This document shows, one piece after another, positions 26,194 through 39,727 of a stretch of 64,000 nucleotides of DNA. Positions within the stretch are counted from its first letter, which is position 1; the number at the start of each line of letters is the position of its first letter. Under the pieces are notes generated by a model. The model was not told the DNA's origin and ran no database searches. It was given only the letters and a program-made list of their open reading frames with translations. This stretch comes from Camelus dromedarius (taxonomy: Eukaryota). The stretch covers positions 98,892,001-98,956,000 of the forward strand of contig NC_087437.1 in assembly GCF_036321535.1 (NCBI RefSeq). Direction: 5' to 3'. Made by a program: the position numbers and the translations under genes.

Positions 26194-27515
26194 CATGACG
26201 AAGGAGCCACGATTATGCAATGAGGAAGGGACAGTCTCTTCAATAAATGGTGCTGAGAAAACTGAACTACTATCTCATATGCAGTCCTAGAAGAAAACAT
26301 AGATGGTAAGCTTCTTGACATCAATTTTGAAGATGATTTTTTGGATTTGCTACCTAAAGCAAAACAACAAAAGCAAAAGCAAACAAGTGGGACTGTAACA
26401 AACCGGAAAGCTTCCACACAGAGAACATCATTAACAAAATAAATGGACAACCTACTGTAACAAGAGAAAATACTTGCTAATTATATATCTGATAAGGGGC
26501 TAAAATCCAAAATGTATTGAGTTATAAAACTCAGAGCAAACAAATAATCTGATTTTAAAATGGGCAAAATAAGTGAATAGACATTTTTCCAAAGAAGACA
26601 TCCGAATGGCCAACAGGCATATGAAAATGTGCTCAACACTGCTAATCAGCAGGGAAACGCAAATCAGAAGCACAGTGAGCTATCACCTCGTATAAGTTCA
26701 TATGGCCATTATCAAAGGGACAAGAAATAACAAGTGTTGGTGAGGATGTGGAAAAAAGGGAAACTTTGTGCACAATTGTAAGGAATGTAAATTGTTGCAA
26801 CTACAAAAAACAGTGTGAATGTTACTCAAAAAATGAAAAATAGAGCTACCATATGATGTAGCAATTCCACTTCTGGGTATTTGCCCCCCAAAAATAAAAG
26901 CACTAAAAAAACCCCACTAATTTGAAAAGCTAGATGCACTCTCAAGTTTGTTGCAGCATTACTTTTAATAGCTAAGACCTGAAAACAACCTAAGAGTCCA
27001 TCAATAGATGAATATATAAAGAATATGTGGAATTTATCTAGTCATAAAAAAGAATGAAATCTTGCCACGTGCAGCAACGTAGATGAACCCTGAGGGCAAT
27101 GTGCTAAGTGAAATAAGACAGAGAAAGAGAAACACCATACTCTTGTGTGTGGAATCTAAAAACAAAGAGTTTTTAGATGCAAAGAACAGACAGGTGACTG
27201 CCAGAGGTAAAGGATGGGGAGTGAGCAAAACAGCTGAAGGTAATCAAAAGGTATAAATTTCCAATTATAAAATCATGGGCTGTAAGGTACAGCATGGTGA
27301 CTATAGTTAATAAGACTGTATTACTATTTGAAACTTGCTAAGAGCATATACCTTAAAAGTTCTCACCACAAAATAAATTTTGTGACCGCTTAGGGTAACA
27401 CATATGAACCAGACTTATGTCGTAATTATTTCACAATATATGAAGATCTGTAATCATTGCATCATACACCTGAAGCTAATATAATGTTATATGTCAATTA
27501 TACCTCAATAAAAAA
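26194..27515 (+). mobile_element. L1MA9-like element, 5'-truncated, ORF2 3' part plus 3' UTR
   Basis: Starts at gacgaaggagcc...ggacagtctcttcaataaatggtgctg, contains ORF2 C-terminal motifs, and ends tatatgtcaattatacctcaataaaaaa. Apparent internal deletion near 26283. Confidence 0.93.
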
Positions 27516-28544
27516 TTTACCCTTTGAATTTCATACTTTTCCACTATTTTAAAATTGAAGTACAACTCACATCTACAAGTGGTCACATAGAATGCTGGGA
27601 CTGAAGGGAGTCAAGTCCTATTTCTTCATATTGACTTTGTGCTCTCATCATTTCTTCTGATCCCCTGTTTAAATATAGGAACATGTGCCATCACAGGCAT
27701 TAAACAGGAGAACTGCACCCAGAGAAAACTCAAATGAGGCTACACCACTGCCAACCTGAACTTCTAGAATGCAGTTGTGTACCTGAGTCCGTGTGTGCAT
27801 GCACAAGCATGTGGGTGTGGAGAGGCAACTATATCCAAAGAATTTTCCAAAGTTACTTCCATTTATAACATAATGTTCTTTAAAGGATAAGTAATTTAAA
27901 AATGTGCCAATCTGAAGCTGACCGACATGTTATTAAAACTCAATAGCTACCACAGCAATTGTTTAGAATTTAGACCAACTGGAGATCTTTTTCTGGCGGG
28001 AGTATTTTATCACTGACATTGTATGGAAATGCTGATGCCTGGTGATGATAAAAAGCAGATGACTTTAGTTGGTTTTATTATTGTTTTTCAAATCTCCCGA
28101 GGCGATGCACTCCTTGATCCCAGTCCTGCCCTTCCACTGCCTGAAACCTATTATCCTTAACTGAGATAATGAGTGTGGAAGTACCTAGCACCAGGCCTTA
28201 CTTTATGGTGGTGACTGCAGCGGTGAGTGTTAATCACTGGCAGAGTTTATCCTTTGCAAAGTACCCAGAGGCTTTTTTAAAAAGCATTTTCAAGTTTAAT
28301 ATGTCAAATGAGGGTTTTTGTTTGGGGTGTTACTGTAAATAGCTTTTGCTGGTTTTCCTAACGATACTATAGATTTTTTTTTAATGCTCAAATGCATACA
28401 GATTTTTAGCTGTCAAAATTAACTAGATAAAGAAAAGGCCCCCCTTCTCACTTTTCACTTGCTGTGATAGCAATGTACTAATGGAGACATTAAGAGTGCA
28501 ATTCCAGAGAAGAGTCCAGAACTAGCTCTTCAGACAAAGCTATT

Positions 28545-28745
28545 GCTTCTTTTCCCTGGTTTCATGAACTCTGAGTGATATAACCTTAGGCAAATGTCTT
28601 AATATCGACAAGCCTGTAAAATGGTTATTACAATAGTACGTGCTTTCATAGAGTTGCTCTAAGGATTAAATTAGATAGATAATTCGGGTAGAGTAGACCA
28701 CACAGCATCTGAATAACAAAGCATTCAAAATTATTCTAGCAGTAT
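28545..28745 (+). mobile_element. MIR SINE, degenerate
   Basis: aaccttaggcaaatgtcttaa...ctgtaaaatgg...aatagtac...tcatagagttgctctaaggattaaatta. Confidence 0.65.
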
Positions 28746-31026
28746 TATTAACATCATGATGATGAGATAAATTAAACCAGAGTCTCTTATCTCTCCTCAT
28801 TCTGCCTCTCCCTAAATTCTACATTGCTGCCACCACAAAGAGGATTAAGTTGTCTTTTTTATTCTTTCTTTTCTTTAGTTTTAAAAAATTCTTTTAATTT
28901 AATCTCTCAGATTTTCTTTTATCATTGCCAAGTAGCAGTATTTTTGTGTGCTGTTTCTTACAACACATTGTGTTTGCAGTTTTCTAATAAATAGCACTAT
29001 TTAAATATTAAAACACCAACCATTTTGCTTGTGGAATATTGCTATTTCTGGATTTTAAAAATTTGACATCTGAGTCATTAAGTTTGAGGGACTCGTTTTA
29101 AGTCAAGAACTTAATTTGTTTAAAAACGTACCAACCATGGGATCATCTGCATGTCTGGGCTAACCTGTACCAGGGTGAACCTCAGTAAGTAAATTTATTC
29201 TAGAGCTATGAAGGGTCAGACGCAAGAAAAATCCTTTTTTAGCCTGAAGACTTTCAGAGCAAGTGGAATATAAATGTGAACGTGACTGTGCACCAAAATC
29301 TCCATCAATGGATAATAAAACTAAAGGAGATTGCAAACCCAAAATGCTTTATCTGAAAAAACAAACTGAGCTTGACACCAACAAAATTTTACAGCCTTTT
29401 CAAAAATAAAAACTGTATTCAAAAAAACACAAAGTTATCAAATGAGATACCAGATTGTTGAAGATGATGACAGAAAGAAACATTCTGACTGGTTAAAAAC
29501 AAACTAGGTATACCCACCTCATCCCCAGCTAGTTTAAAATAAATTTAAAAAAAAAATTATTAGCAACTGGAAATTTTTTCACAAAAATAGGCTTATTATT
29601 CAGCTATGACACAATTGATTCATGTTGGTTTAAAAAAATCAATAATATTTGATTTTTAATGTCATAATTTCATTGTCCACATTTTATGCAGGGTTGACTG
29701 TATTTTTAATTAAAACATTACTTTTATTAATCCTACCTGTTAATCATTTTCATTAGAATAATGTATATTGATTCTGTTGTTATAAAATTTAATTTATGTT
29801 ACATACTTTTATAAAGTACCTTTATAAATGTTTATAAAAGTAAATACCTATCTGCAATGATTTTATAAATGCATACATAAAATGTATTAAACCTCTAGAA
29901 CTGGTGTTTATTTTATTAGTTTTAATCATTCTTAATGAAGAATTGGTATTAATAGCAGTATTTCAGTATTTCTCAAGTCAAACAAATTAAACTGCCTCAA
30001 GCTACAGGTTTTGCAGTTACTACGTGCACGCTGTCCTAGCTTGCTCTGTAAAAAAAAAAAGTATTTAAAACTTAGCTTATCTTCAAACTCAACTGATCTC
30101 ATCCCATTTCTGGTTATGCAAGAAACATGCTAGATTTAAGTATGGTGATCAGCAATATTTTCTTCTATATTAACCTTTTTTTTCTTGCTTTTAGAACTCT
30201 TTTCTATGATTTTCAGTGCATTTCATACAAGATCATTGAAGCAAATTTAAATGTGTCCTAAACATTTACTTGTCTCTGCACACAAAGACAATCAAACGTC
30301 TTGGTTTTCCTTTCATTTTGCAAATGAAAATATGTTCTAATGTACTGGCATTGAAGGAAGTAAGAAGGGATTCCATGGAATGTTTTTGATGTCACCTTGA
30401 AGAAATTGTCATACACCATCTGCTGGTTTATTGAGCATAAAGAATGGCAATGTTGATGAATTCTTCTTTAATAAATGATACATATTGACATAGCCACCAG
30501 CCATAACCTTAATGCCAAGAAGCATGACAAGGTACTTTGAAATATATCCAGCTTAAATTATCTATAGGTCTTTTGTATTTGTGAAGTGACTGATAGTCTA
30601 AATAACCTATTTTGCTTTGTGCTGTGCTTCATTTATACATGCTGGTAAGTGTGTCTTTCAATCCAGCTTCCAAATGACAAGGTTAATAGTCTTCCCTGTC
30701 TTCATTGTCCTTGTGGTTGCCATCTGGGAATTCTTACCCTGTAAAGAATGTATAAGCTGAAAAAAGGTCAGCCTGGTTGAATGTCAAAAAATATTCCAGA
30801 AGCCATCTTCTCTGTTTTATTCCTTGGATTTAATAATATGGGGCAAAGGGTTACAGCTATAATTATTCCATTAATCATTAGGATCAAATCTTCAGTGACT
30901 CCCAAACAAGAAGGGAATTCAGTGAAAATTCTAAAGCCCCCAATATTGGGAGTCCAAGAGTGGGTGATGAGAAGGGAGACTGATTGCTGAAATAATTAAC
31001 AGCTAATTTTTAAAGTAAAGTAAAGA

Positions 31027-31172
31027 GGGGAGAGGGTATAGCTCAAGTGGTAGAGCACATGCTTAGCATGCACAAGGTCTTAGGGTCAATCCCCAGTACT
31101 TCCTCCAAATATAAATAAATAAGTAAACCTAATTACCTTCCCCTCATAAAACAGACAAACAAAAATAAAAAG
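31027..31172 (+). mobile_element. tRNA-derived camelid SINE (Vic-1 type), full head
   Basis: ggggagagggtatagctcaagtggtagagcacatgcttagcatgcacaaggtcttagggtcaatcccc with intact A box and mutated B box, then aaacctaattacc spacer and A-rich tail. Confidence 0.9.
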
Positions 31173-31924
31173 AAGGAAGGAGACTTTTCTGAATTTTGTG
31201 AGGGAAAAAAACCCATGGAATACTTCAGGATGTCAATTCTACAACTTAGTTTGTGGACACATGAGGTGATAGACTCAAGAGAAGGTAGAAAAACCCAGTC
31301 AACCATTGGATCTCAAGCATTTCGGTATTGCTTACAATTAGTGGTATGAGGAATTGAACACACTGTAGGCACTTTAAGCAGCAAAGCAATCAAATCAAGG
31401 AACTATATAAAATCCTTGGAGGAACTGGAGATGTGGATTGAAGGCTGGGATTCCAGATCTGACTTGGTAGAATCAGGAAGGCAAGGAACCAGAAATCACT
31501 GGTGAAACTACTGAGCTATAAAAAATCATAACTGCCAATAAGCTCCAAGAATTAAAAAAAGCCACAGCCAGATCAGCTCCCACAGTTCCTACGAAACTGG
31601 CCCTGGAACACGACCCCCGCGACCAGCTGCCTTCTCCTGTGCAATTTCCTCCTGCCACCTTTAGCTCCACTTCCCAAATATGTCCACTGGCAGAACAGAG
31701 TGTAAAGCAAGCAGGAGGTGTCTCCAGCTCACTTCCACATTCTGGGATCTCACATTTGTGTTGGGGGAACTTATGTTACGGGGGAACTTATATTATGAGG
31801 GAACCACAGATGCAAAAGAGCCTGGGTATGATGGCTTTTGGTCTTCCAGCCCCTGCAATACAGAAAGGCCCATTAGAAAGAAGTGAGGAAGGATATTTTA
31901 ACCAGTAAACCATATCCAATATGG

Positions 31925-32130
31925 TTACAAAGTGTTTTCACTGTCAGAGTGAAATGTACTCTCATAAAAATCTACTGAGATAGTTAGTGCTCTCTACCCA
32001 TTTAATAGAGGAGGAAATTTATAGTCTGAAGTTCTTCCCTGTCTAAAATTACAGATGGAATTAGGTGCTAGGAGGAGTAACTTGATAACACAGTTTTGTT
32101 TTTGAAATCCTCCGCATTAGTACTGTACTG
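31925..32130 (-). mobile_element. MIR SINE, degenerate
   Basis: ttacaaagtgttttcac...ctcataaaaatctactgagatag...cccatttaatagaggaggaaa. Confidence 0.55.
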
Positions 32131-32458
32131 CCTCTACTGGGATTTGCTGAGTAAAGGTATTATCTGTACTTTGGATCTCAAACAGCTATAAAAGAAAGAT
32201 TTATTTGCTGAAAACTTAAAAGAGAAAGACCATCCAGTGAAAAATGACATATACTTCTATAATAAATGTGAAGAAATTATGTTCTGAAATTGATTCTGTT
32301 GTTCAATTGTTGAATCAAAAAATGGATTATCCCAAACTGATTGTCCAAAGTAGTGGTATACCAAAATCCTGGCATATTTGGAAATATTTACTTTTTAATA
32401 GTTTTGAATGACAGTAGCAAGTTATGATATATCACATAATATTATCTCACTTTATAAA

Positions 32459-32459
<1 letters not shown>

Positions 32460-32492
<33 letters not shown>
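32460..32492. repeat. (TA)n microsatellite
   Basis: Run of alternating TA with one interruption. Confidence 0.9.
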
Positions 32493-32729
32493 GAAAACTA
32501 CATCAAAATCAAATGACTATCTCTGGATAATGGTAATTTCAGTGTCTATTTCTTTGAGATTCTTCTTCCTTCCCAAACTCATATTTTAATTTTAAAAAGC
32601 AATAAATATTCCTCTTAAGATAAAACAAAAACTTTAAAGAGTATTAAAGCATTAACAAATAATACACACAGGGCAAGGGTAAATAGAAGAATAGTAGGCA
32701 GGTAAAGTTACAGAAATAAAAATAGCTGA

Positions 32730-32797
32730 TATATGCATGACTGAGACATTGTGCTGTACAGCAGAAATTGACACATTTAACTGACTATACTTCGTTT
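32730..32797 (+). mobile_element. Very short L1 3' terminal insertion (~68 bp)
   Basis: tatatgcatgactgagacattgtgctgtacagcagaaattgacacatttaactgactatacttc, flanked by taaaaatagctga (32717-32729) and taaaaataggtga (32798-32810), 12/13 match. Confidence 0.8.
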
Positions 32798-35700
32798 TAA
32801 AAATAGGTGAAAATTAGTTTTAAATTTTTTAAAATGTGGTTCATATTAAGAAGGAAAAGAACTTCCTCCCCATATTCTTTCAAACAAAGTCATAAGAACA
32901 TTACAAATTCTGGATGCACAGAGCCAGATTATGTTCTAAATGGATTTATTTTCTTTTTAAATCATAAAACATCACTCACATATATTATTTTTAAAATCCT
33001 TCTTTATAAATGCAAATCCTCTTACAATAAAACTAAAGCTGTGTATCAGCTATAGACAGTGTTTGTTCTCAGTATCATCTCTGAATATCTTAAGTGACCT
33101 GTTTATTCTTACTTCCTTAATTCATTTGATATATAATCATTCAAGCAAGTTTTAAATCATATTCACTATTTTCTATTATTCAACATAGCAATGCTCAAGA
33201 TGAATTTCACTTTTTCTTTAAATTGTGACTTAATAAGAAAATGAGTACTATGAAAATCTCATAGCAACTGTGAAAGTAAGGTTTTGCCTACCCCGATCTG
33301 TAAAAAGGATAATAGAAAATAATCTTCAGGTGTATCAAGTCATCTAAATTAGAAGAAAAGAGTGATGGGATATAGACATGGAGTTCAGTGCTTTTTTAGT
33401 CTCAAAGAGGCACTGTGAGGCTAAAATAATAATATATAGAGAAATAAGCTTTCAAACTGTAGAATGTAGTATATATATACATATACATATATAGAAATGA
33501 TTTTTAATTTTGGCTCTTTATTTTAAAAATAAATGATAATTAGAAAAAAATTATTCCTAATTCAACCATTTTAATGATGAACCATAATCTATACTTCAAC
33601 TAATGGAATGAAAAAACAGGTGGAAGGCTTTTTCCTAAATACTCTTCATAACTGAGTAATTTTTAAAATATCTGCCAGAAGTGGGAGGACTATAATTCAG
33701 CTTCCCTTTGTCCCCAGAATCCATTGAAATTCAGTTCCTAAAATAAAAAGAAGACGTCAAAATAAATCTGAGCAAGTAACCAGTATTGCTTAACTTAAAA
33801 ATGATTGATCAAAATTAGTTATTGAATAAGTGTTTTTCTTTTTTGGTTGTTTTTGTTTGCTTTTGGTTTAGATCTCTGGATGAGATTATTTGGTAGAGAA
33901 AATCTGATTTTGAAATTTTTACGGTGGTTGGTGGTTAACTCTCATTTTAGGCTCAGAAGCTCCTATTTAATTTGCATTTGATATTATAATGTCTTCAAAG
34001 ATGAATCACTGACAAAGACTTCTTTGCCTGTGTTTTAATTTCTAAAAAATTAATGATAATTATGTAACTAAGAGGAATCAAGAAATAATTATTATTGAAT
34101 TAATATGCCAGCGGTTATGACATGTATAGTCCAGCTAAAAGGTCATACTATATTTTCCCTATCTAGCTTCAAATATTATTTTTGAAATGAAACCTTAAAT
34201 GCTGAAGTTCATTATTAAATGAAAGTAAAATCCTGTACATTTAAAACAGAAGTTTATCTTACATACTCAGAAATTGAAAACTTTACTTTTATGCCAATAA
34301 TCTAGGACTAAGATAACACACTTTTACTTCTGGGACCTTGAAAAATTTCAGACACACACACACACATACATACTTTCACACATATACATATAAATAGCTC
34401 TAGTTCAGATAATGTGATTTTTAAAAGCATGTCAGCTTAGTTGTGAATTATTACACCAATAAGACATAATTAGCCAATCATTTATTTCACTCATGAGTAT
34501 ACTGAAAATTAATAATCTTATTCCTTAAGTGACCTTTCAGATTTCACCTCTGGAATATGGCACACTGTGCTTTGCTTCGTGTTATTGATACCCTGGTACT
34601 GATTAACTCCAATTTATGGAATTAAACACAAAATCAGCCAATACTGTACATAAATACAAACCTGAATATCTGGATAATTTATAGCTCCCTACGTCAAACA
34701 CTGATGGAAAGCATTTGAGAATAGATTGTGGATTACACAGGGATGAAATTTCAAGAAGACTGAATGGGGATTAGCTGCTACTGTTTTGGAATCTCAGGCC
34801 TATGGAATGCTAGACTGCTAGACCTCTCAACTCAGACATTCTAACTCAACAGATTTCATAGCCAATCACCTCCAAAGCCTATGCCATCTCCGGTGGCATC
34901 TTCATGTCTGTTTCCTAATTGCTCACTCCTTCTTCCTGAAATATATTCTGATCTCTATCAGGAATAATTCTTGTGTTCTTCTCTCTGACTTCTCTATTCT
35001 AAAATGCATGTTAGCTGAGACATTTTTAGAAGATGATTTGTGACCTCCATTGCTACTTTTACTGACAGCACTGAAAACCTAGATGGGGTCAGAAGGCATG
35101 TCTATGGTGATCACGCTATAGTCAACACTGCACGGATATCCCTGTGGCTCATTCATTTTGCTTAACTTAATAAGGCTTATTTTTTCTTGTCACTCTCCCA
35201 CCTACCCATTCAACCACGTCTATCATGAATGACCTATATTTTCAAGTAGTCCTTGTGTATTTAGAAAATGCAAACAGACTGGACTATCTGCCCAAACAAA
35301 ATATTATCATTTCAATCTATAAAGTCATGTCATGACCAGCCCAGAGAATACAGGAATTCATTTATTCATTATTTTGGTGAGAACTTATATTTGCTTAGAA
35401 TCATGAACTTTTTAAGTTGAGAAAATGTTGCTCCTTTATATAGTAATAAGTAAGAGATATCAGTATTGAAGGATTGGACACAGGAATTTGAATCAGATGG
35501 GGAGAGTGGGAAGGTGTGTGCTAAAGAATTCAAATTCAGTAAAAAGTGAAGCCAGAGATATATGCCTCCATAGATCTCACTAAGCACATTTTCCTTACTT
35601 TTCCCTTGTTTTTCTCCCCATTTAATTAACTTTTGCTAACTTAAAAATTCTATGTAACTATTGGAATATGGGTAGGGAATGGTGACGTGTGGGAAGATAA

Positions 35701-38700
35701 AAGAGGAGAGAGGGGAATAGGACAGAATTTTGAGGATTTTGAGAAGCAGGGGGAGGACTGAAGCTTCCTCTGTCACTGGCAAAGTCAGGCTGAAGGAGTG
35801 GCAGGAGCTCCCACCATGAGCTGAGCAGCTGGTGACTTCACTCCCCAGGCAGCTATAACAGAGCTCTTTCCAAAGACGGAATCAGTAACTGTTTATATAA
35901 AGGGCAGAACTGCTCAACTGCAATCTGACAACAGTTGCTTTACCTGTTTGTGAGATGAGTGTCTAAATGTCTGGGGACACCTCCCACTATTCCTGGTTAC
36001 ACAGAACTGGTTAGCATTGTTGGGAGAGATTTGGCAAGAGGTGCTTATTACCCACCTCCCCGCACCTTTCAGAGAGGGACAAAACAATTGTTATACCAAT
36101 AATGTGGAAGACCTGTCAAACGTATAAGAAATCAACTAAGTCAAATACGAGCCTGAAATTGCAGATGTATTTGCTTATTTAACAGTGTGAAAGTGTCATT
36201 GAAAAAAAAATCAGTATAGCATCAGAATAGCATATAATGACCTACAAATGCTCTTAGCACTTTTATCTAAGGATGGTGTACATTGGTACAGCACAGGAAA
36301 TGACCAGTTAAAATGGACATGGGCCAGAGCATTAGAAAAGAGCTGTAGAAGGCCTGAGAGTCCAGAAGAAGGGCTGGGATGACCAAGGAATTAACAAGTA
36401 TTTACTTACTTTAATGACCTATACCTGCAAAGCAATGTACCACCTGAAATTTCAGCCCCACCTTGATATAATTCAGCTATTAATGACACATCATTCACAA
36501 TCCTTGGCAGACTGTTTTTCTGCCGAACCATCAAAAGGAATTTGCTTGTTCACAGTGACACATAACTTTGCATCATTTGCTACACACATGTTTCACTCCA
36601 TTTAGTGTTTTAACATTGGCTAATTATAGTTTCCTTACCAGAAACTTCATTCACAAGAGTTAATAGTCCAAACAAATTCTTTTGCTTTTCACAAATATTC
36701 TAAGAGTTTGGCTACTATATTCATCAAGGGTACTAATGTGTGAAATAATGGATTATTTCATCAAATGTTCAGTCAGTGTGCAGCTAATACAATAGAAATA
36801 TAAATAATAACAAAATTTCCCATCAGGAGTCTCTGTAGCATCCAGGTACTATTTATGGTACCATGTTGTAAGGAAGACTCCACATCCAGGACTTCTTATC
36901 TGGCATTTGTAACTAAGCCTATGGAGTTTTAAGGACCTAGTATATTGTGAGATGCTAATTGCATCAGATAAAAAAGTTTTGACATTGTTCTCACTTCTAA
37001 GGATTTTGAACTTCAGTTGGTCCATATGTTTGTTTTGTATCTTTAAGTTAAATTTATGGATCCCAACACTTACTGTCATGGTTACAGTTGGCTGTGATGT
37101 TAGTCCAAACTGTCTGAGGGTTGTCACTATGTTAATTAACAAATTATTGTACGGAAATTAATTTCTATAATTATTAAGACATAAATTACCCATTGAAAAA
37201 ATCTTAACCTAAGTTTATCATCAAATATCTGCTTTAGTCAAATTCTAGTGATGTGGTCTTATTACTAAGACGCCCACATTCTCTGTGCCACACACACCTC
37301 TCCTCCTGTGTCCCACCATTATAGGAGGAAAGTATGATGTAAAAAGGACAAACAAAACCCTCTAACGCAATCACTGAGTTTCGTCATCTAACTTGTGAAT
37401 AGACCACATGTGAGAAGAATTCCTTATTTCCTTCCCTGTTCTTCTCAAGACCAAAAACATATCTCTTTTCTACCATGTCCTGTGCCCTGCCTTTGGAATT
37501 AGGTGATGATTTCCTCTTTTTTCACTGCTGATAACTCAGTTCATTCTTCGTATGGTTTTCTCTTCCTCTGTGGAAAAGTCCTTCTCTCTCTCTTTTTCTC
37601 TCTCTTTCCAACTGTATCCAATTTGCCTCAAGAAAAACTATCTTTCCCTCTTTCCTTTTGTGAGACAAAATTAACTCTGATTATAAGTAATGTGCACAAG
37701 GGTGATAAGAACTACAATTTACCACAAGCAAAGAATCCAGGGGTTTGTATGGAGATTAGTCTCCAAAATAAAAAGAAGGAAGAAAGGAAAAGAGGAAGAA
37801 AAAAGCCTGGCTCTATTCATTTCTAACAAGCTGAAAACACGGTTTCTTCAGAATTTAGAAAAAGGCTTCATCCATTTTCTGCTTACGTAAATGTAGTCCT
37901 CAAATATTAGAATTTCAAAAAAAGAAGAAAAATATTTCCTCCTTCCTGCTTTATATCATAATCATAGAACAGTTATAAAAATGTCTTAATCTGTATTTTT
38001 ACTCCCAATATAATATCTTGACACAGCCGTGTATTAAATATGCTTTTGTAGGGAAAAAGTGCCTGGAAACTAGAATGTCTACAATAAAAAAACATTTTCT
38101 TTGTTCCAAATAATCAGCTTCGAAGTCTAATTTTGAAATACAGCCAATTTATACAGTCACTGCATATATCAATATACAGTTGTAAAAGGGATACATTTAT
38201 TACTGCATTTATAGGGCTTAGTAACACTGAGCACTCTAAGTAACAAATTAAATTAAATTTGACCTTGTTTACTTGTAGATATTTTTAATCAATGAACTCT
38301 CACTAGCACTACCTTGTTTCTTCTGGATTAAATTAAATCAAAGACACAACAAAATATTTTGGAAGAGAATAATTAAGTTTATTTATATCTGAATAAAAAG
38401 ATTTCTTTCCCTTTAGAGTGTCCATTGATGTCTTCCTCAACCATATACCCCATTCTTCTCTCTCAAAAGCATTGAACTCTTCACAGAGGAGTGATTCTAT
38501 AGCATCCACGTTACAGATCCTCCTGGAGGTACCAGCTAAAGAAGTAAAACTTGAGTCCATTTCTGCTTTTAGTAAATCAAGATGAGTCATGTTTCACTCA
38601 GAATCCTTTTTGTTTCCTGTTCAAGGATGATAATTCAGTCAACTAAAGGATCTTTTGTCTATACAACATCGATATGCTTTATCAGCTATAGGAAGCATTT

Positions 38701-39283
38701 TTTCCTTCTGTAGCTGTCTGTTGTTGGATTTAACCACCAATATCAGGCTGTCTTGAATGCAATGAATGGAATCGTTTCAGAAACCAACCAATCCTTTAGT
38801 CCTTATTTGTTTTTCACTCCAATAAAGAGCAAAAAATATTTTAACCACAAGGCAGCTAACAATGCCAAATTATGCATTAAATATTTTAATGTGCAGAAAT
38901 AGCACGTTGTAATACAAAGAAAAGTTTCTGAGAAATGCAATTTATATTCAGAGATCCACAATCCATTGTGTACAATTAATATGCATCCACATAAAGGAAA
39001 AAAAAATTGACTACTGAGCTCAAATCTTTTCCTTGCCATTAATTAAAGCTAACCTTTAATGCTAATTAATTAAATTAGATCTTCATGGGTCTTTTTTGAA
39101 CCCATGGTGTCTGTATACTGTAACAAGAAGTTTGGTAACTGAAGGGGAAACTGGTTTTGTTAACACCAACAGTAAATTAAGACTTTCAAAACTTTTTTTC
39201 CACCTTGATATGAAGAGAAGAAAGTAAAATTCAAGGTCAGTTCATTCAAACCTTATATTTATTGATATTTTAAGGAGAGAGGG

Positions 39284-39727
39284 TGTAGATTTCCTAGGGC
39301 TGTCATAACAAAGTACCAAATTGGGTAGTTTAAATCAATAGAAATTTGTTCTTTCACACTTTGGAGGCTTGATGCCTGAAATCAAGTTGTTGGCAGAGCT
39401 ATGCTTTCTCTGAAGCCTCTAGAGGAAGACCTTTCCTTACCTCTTTCAGATTCTGGCAGACCTGGGTAGCCCTTGGTGTTTGGCAGCATAACCCCAATCT
39501 CTGCCTCAGTCTTCACATTGCCATCTCCCCTGTGTGTCTTCTCTGAAGAGGGTTGTCAAGACAACAGCCATATTGAATTAGGGGCCCACCCTACTCTTGT
39601 ATGACCTCATTTTTTCTTAGCTAATTACATCTGCAATGATCCTATTTTCAAATAAGATTACACTCTGAGGTCCTAGGGGTTCACACTTCAACACATCTTT
39701 ATGGAGGACATAATTCAACCCACAATA
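39284..39727 (-). mobile_element. MaLR solo LTR (MLT1B/C-like), near full length
   Basis: tttcctagggctgtcataacaaagtacc...gaaatcaagttgttggcag...ggggcccaccctactc...tgacctcat...ataattcaacccacaata. Confidence 0.9.

Noticed and set aside
30195..30745. Unique-looking segment with a strong acceptor (30194) and donor (ctg|gtaagt near 30645)
   Set aside because: The frames I translated contain stops, the sites do not pair into a convincing exon, and I could not assign a repeat family.
31027..31105. tRNA-Ala-like gene (also at 7403 and 43190-43263)
   Set aside because: Each tRNA-like head is followed by the shared SINE spacer and an A-rich tail, with a TSD in at least one copy and mutated promoter boxes. 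These are SINEs, not tRNA genes.
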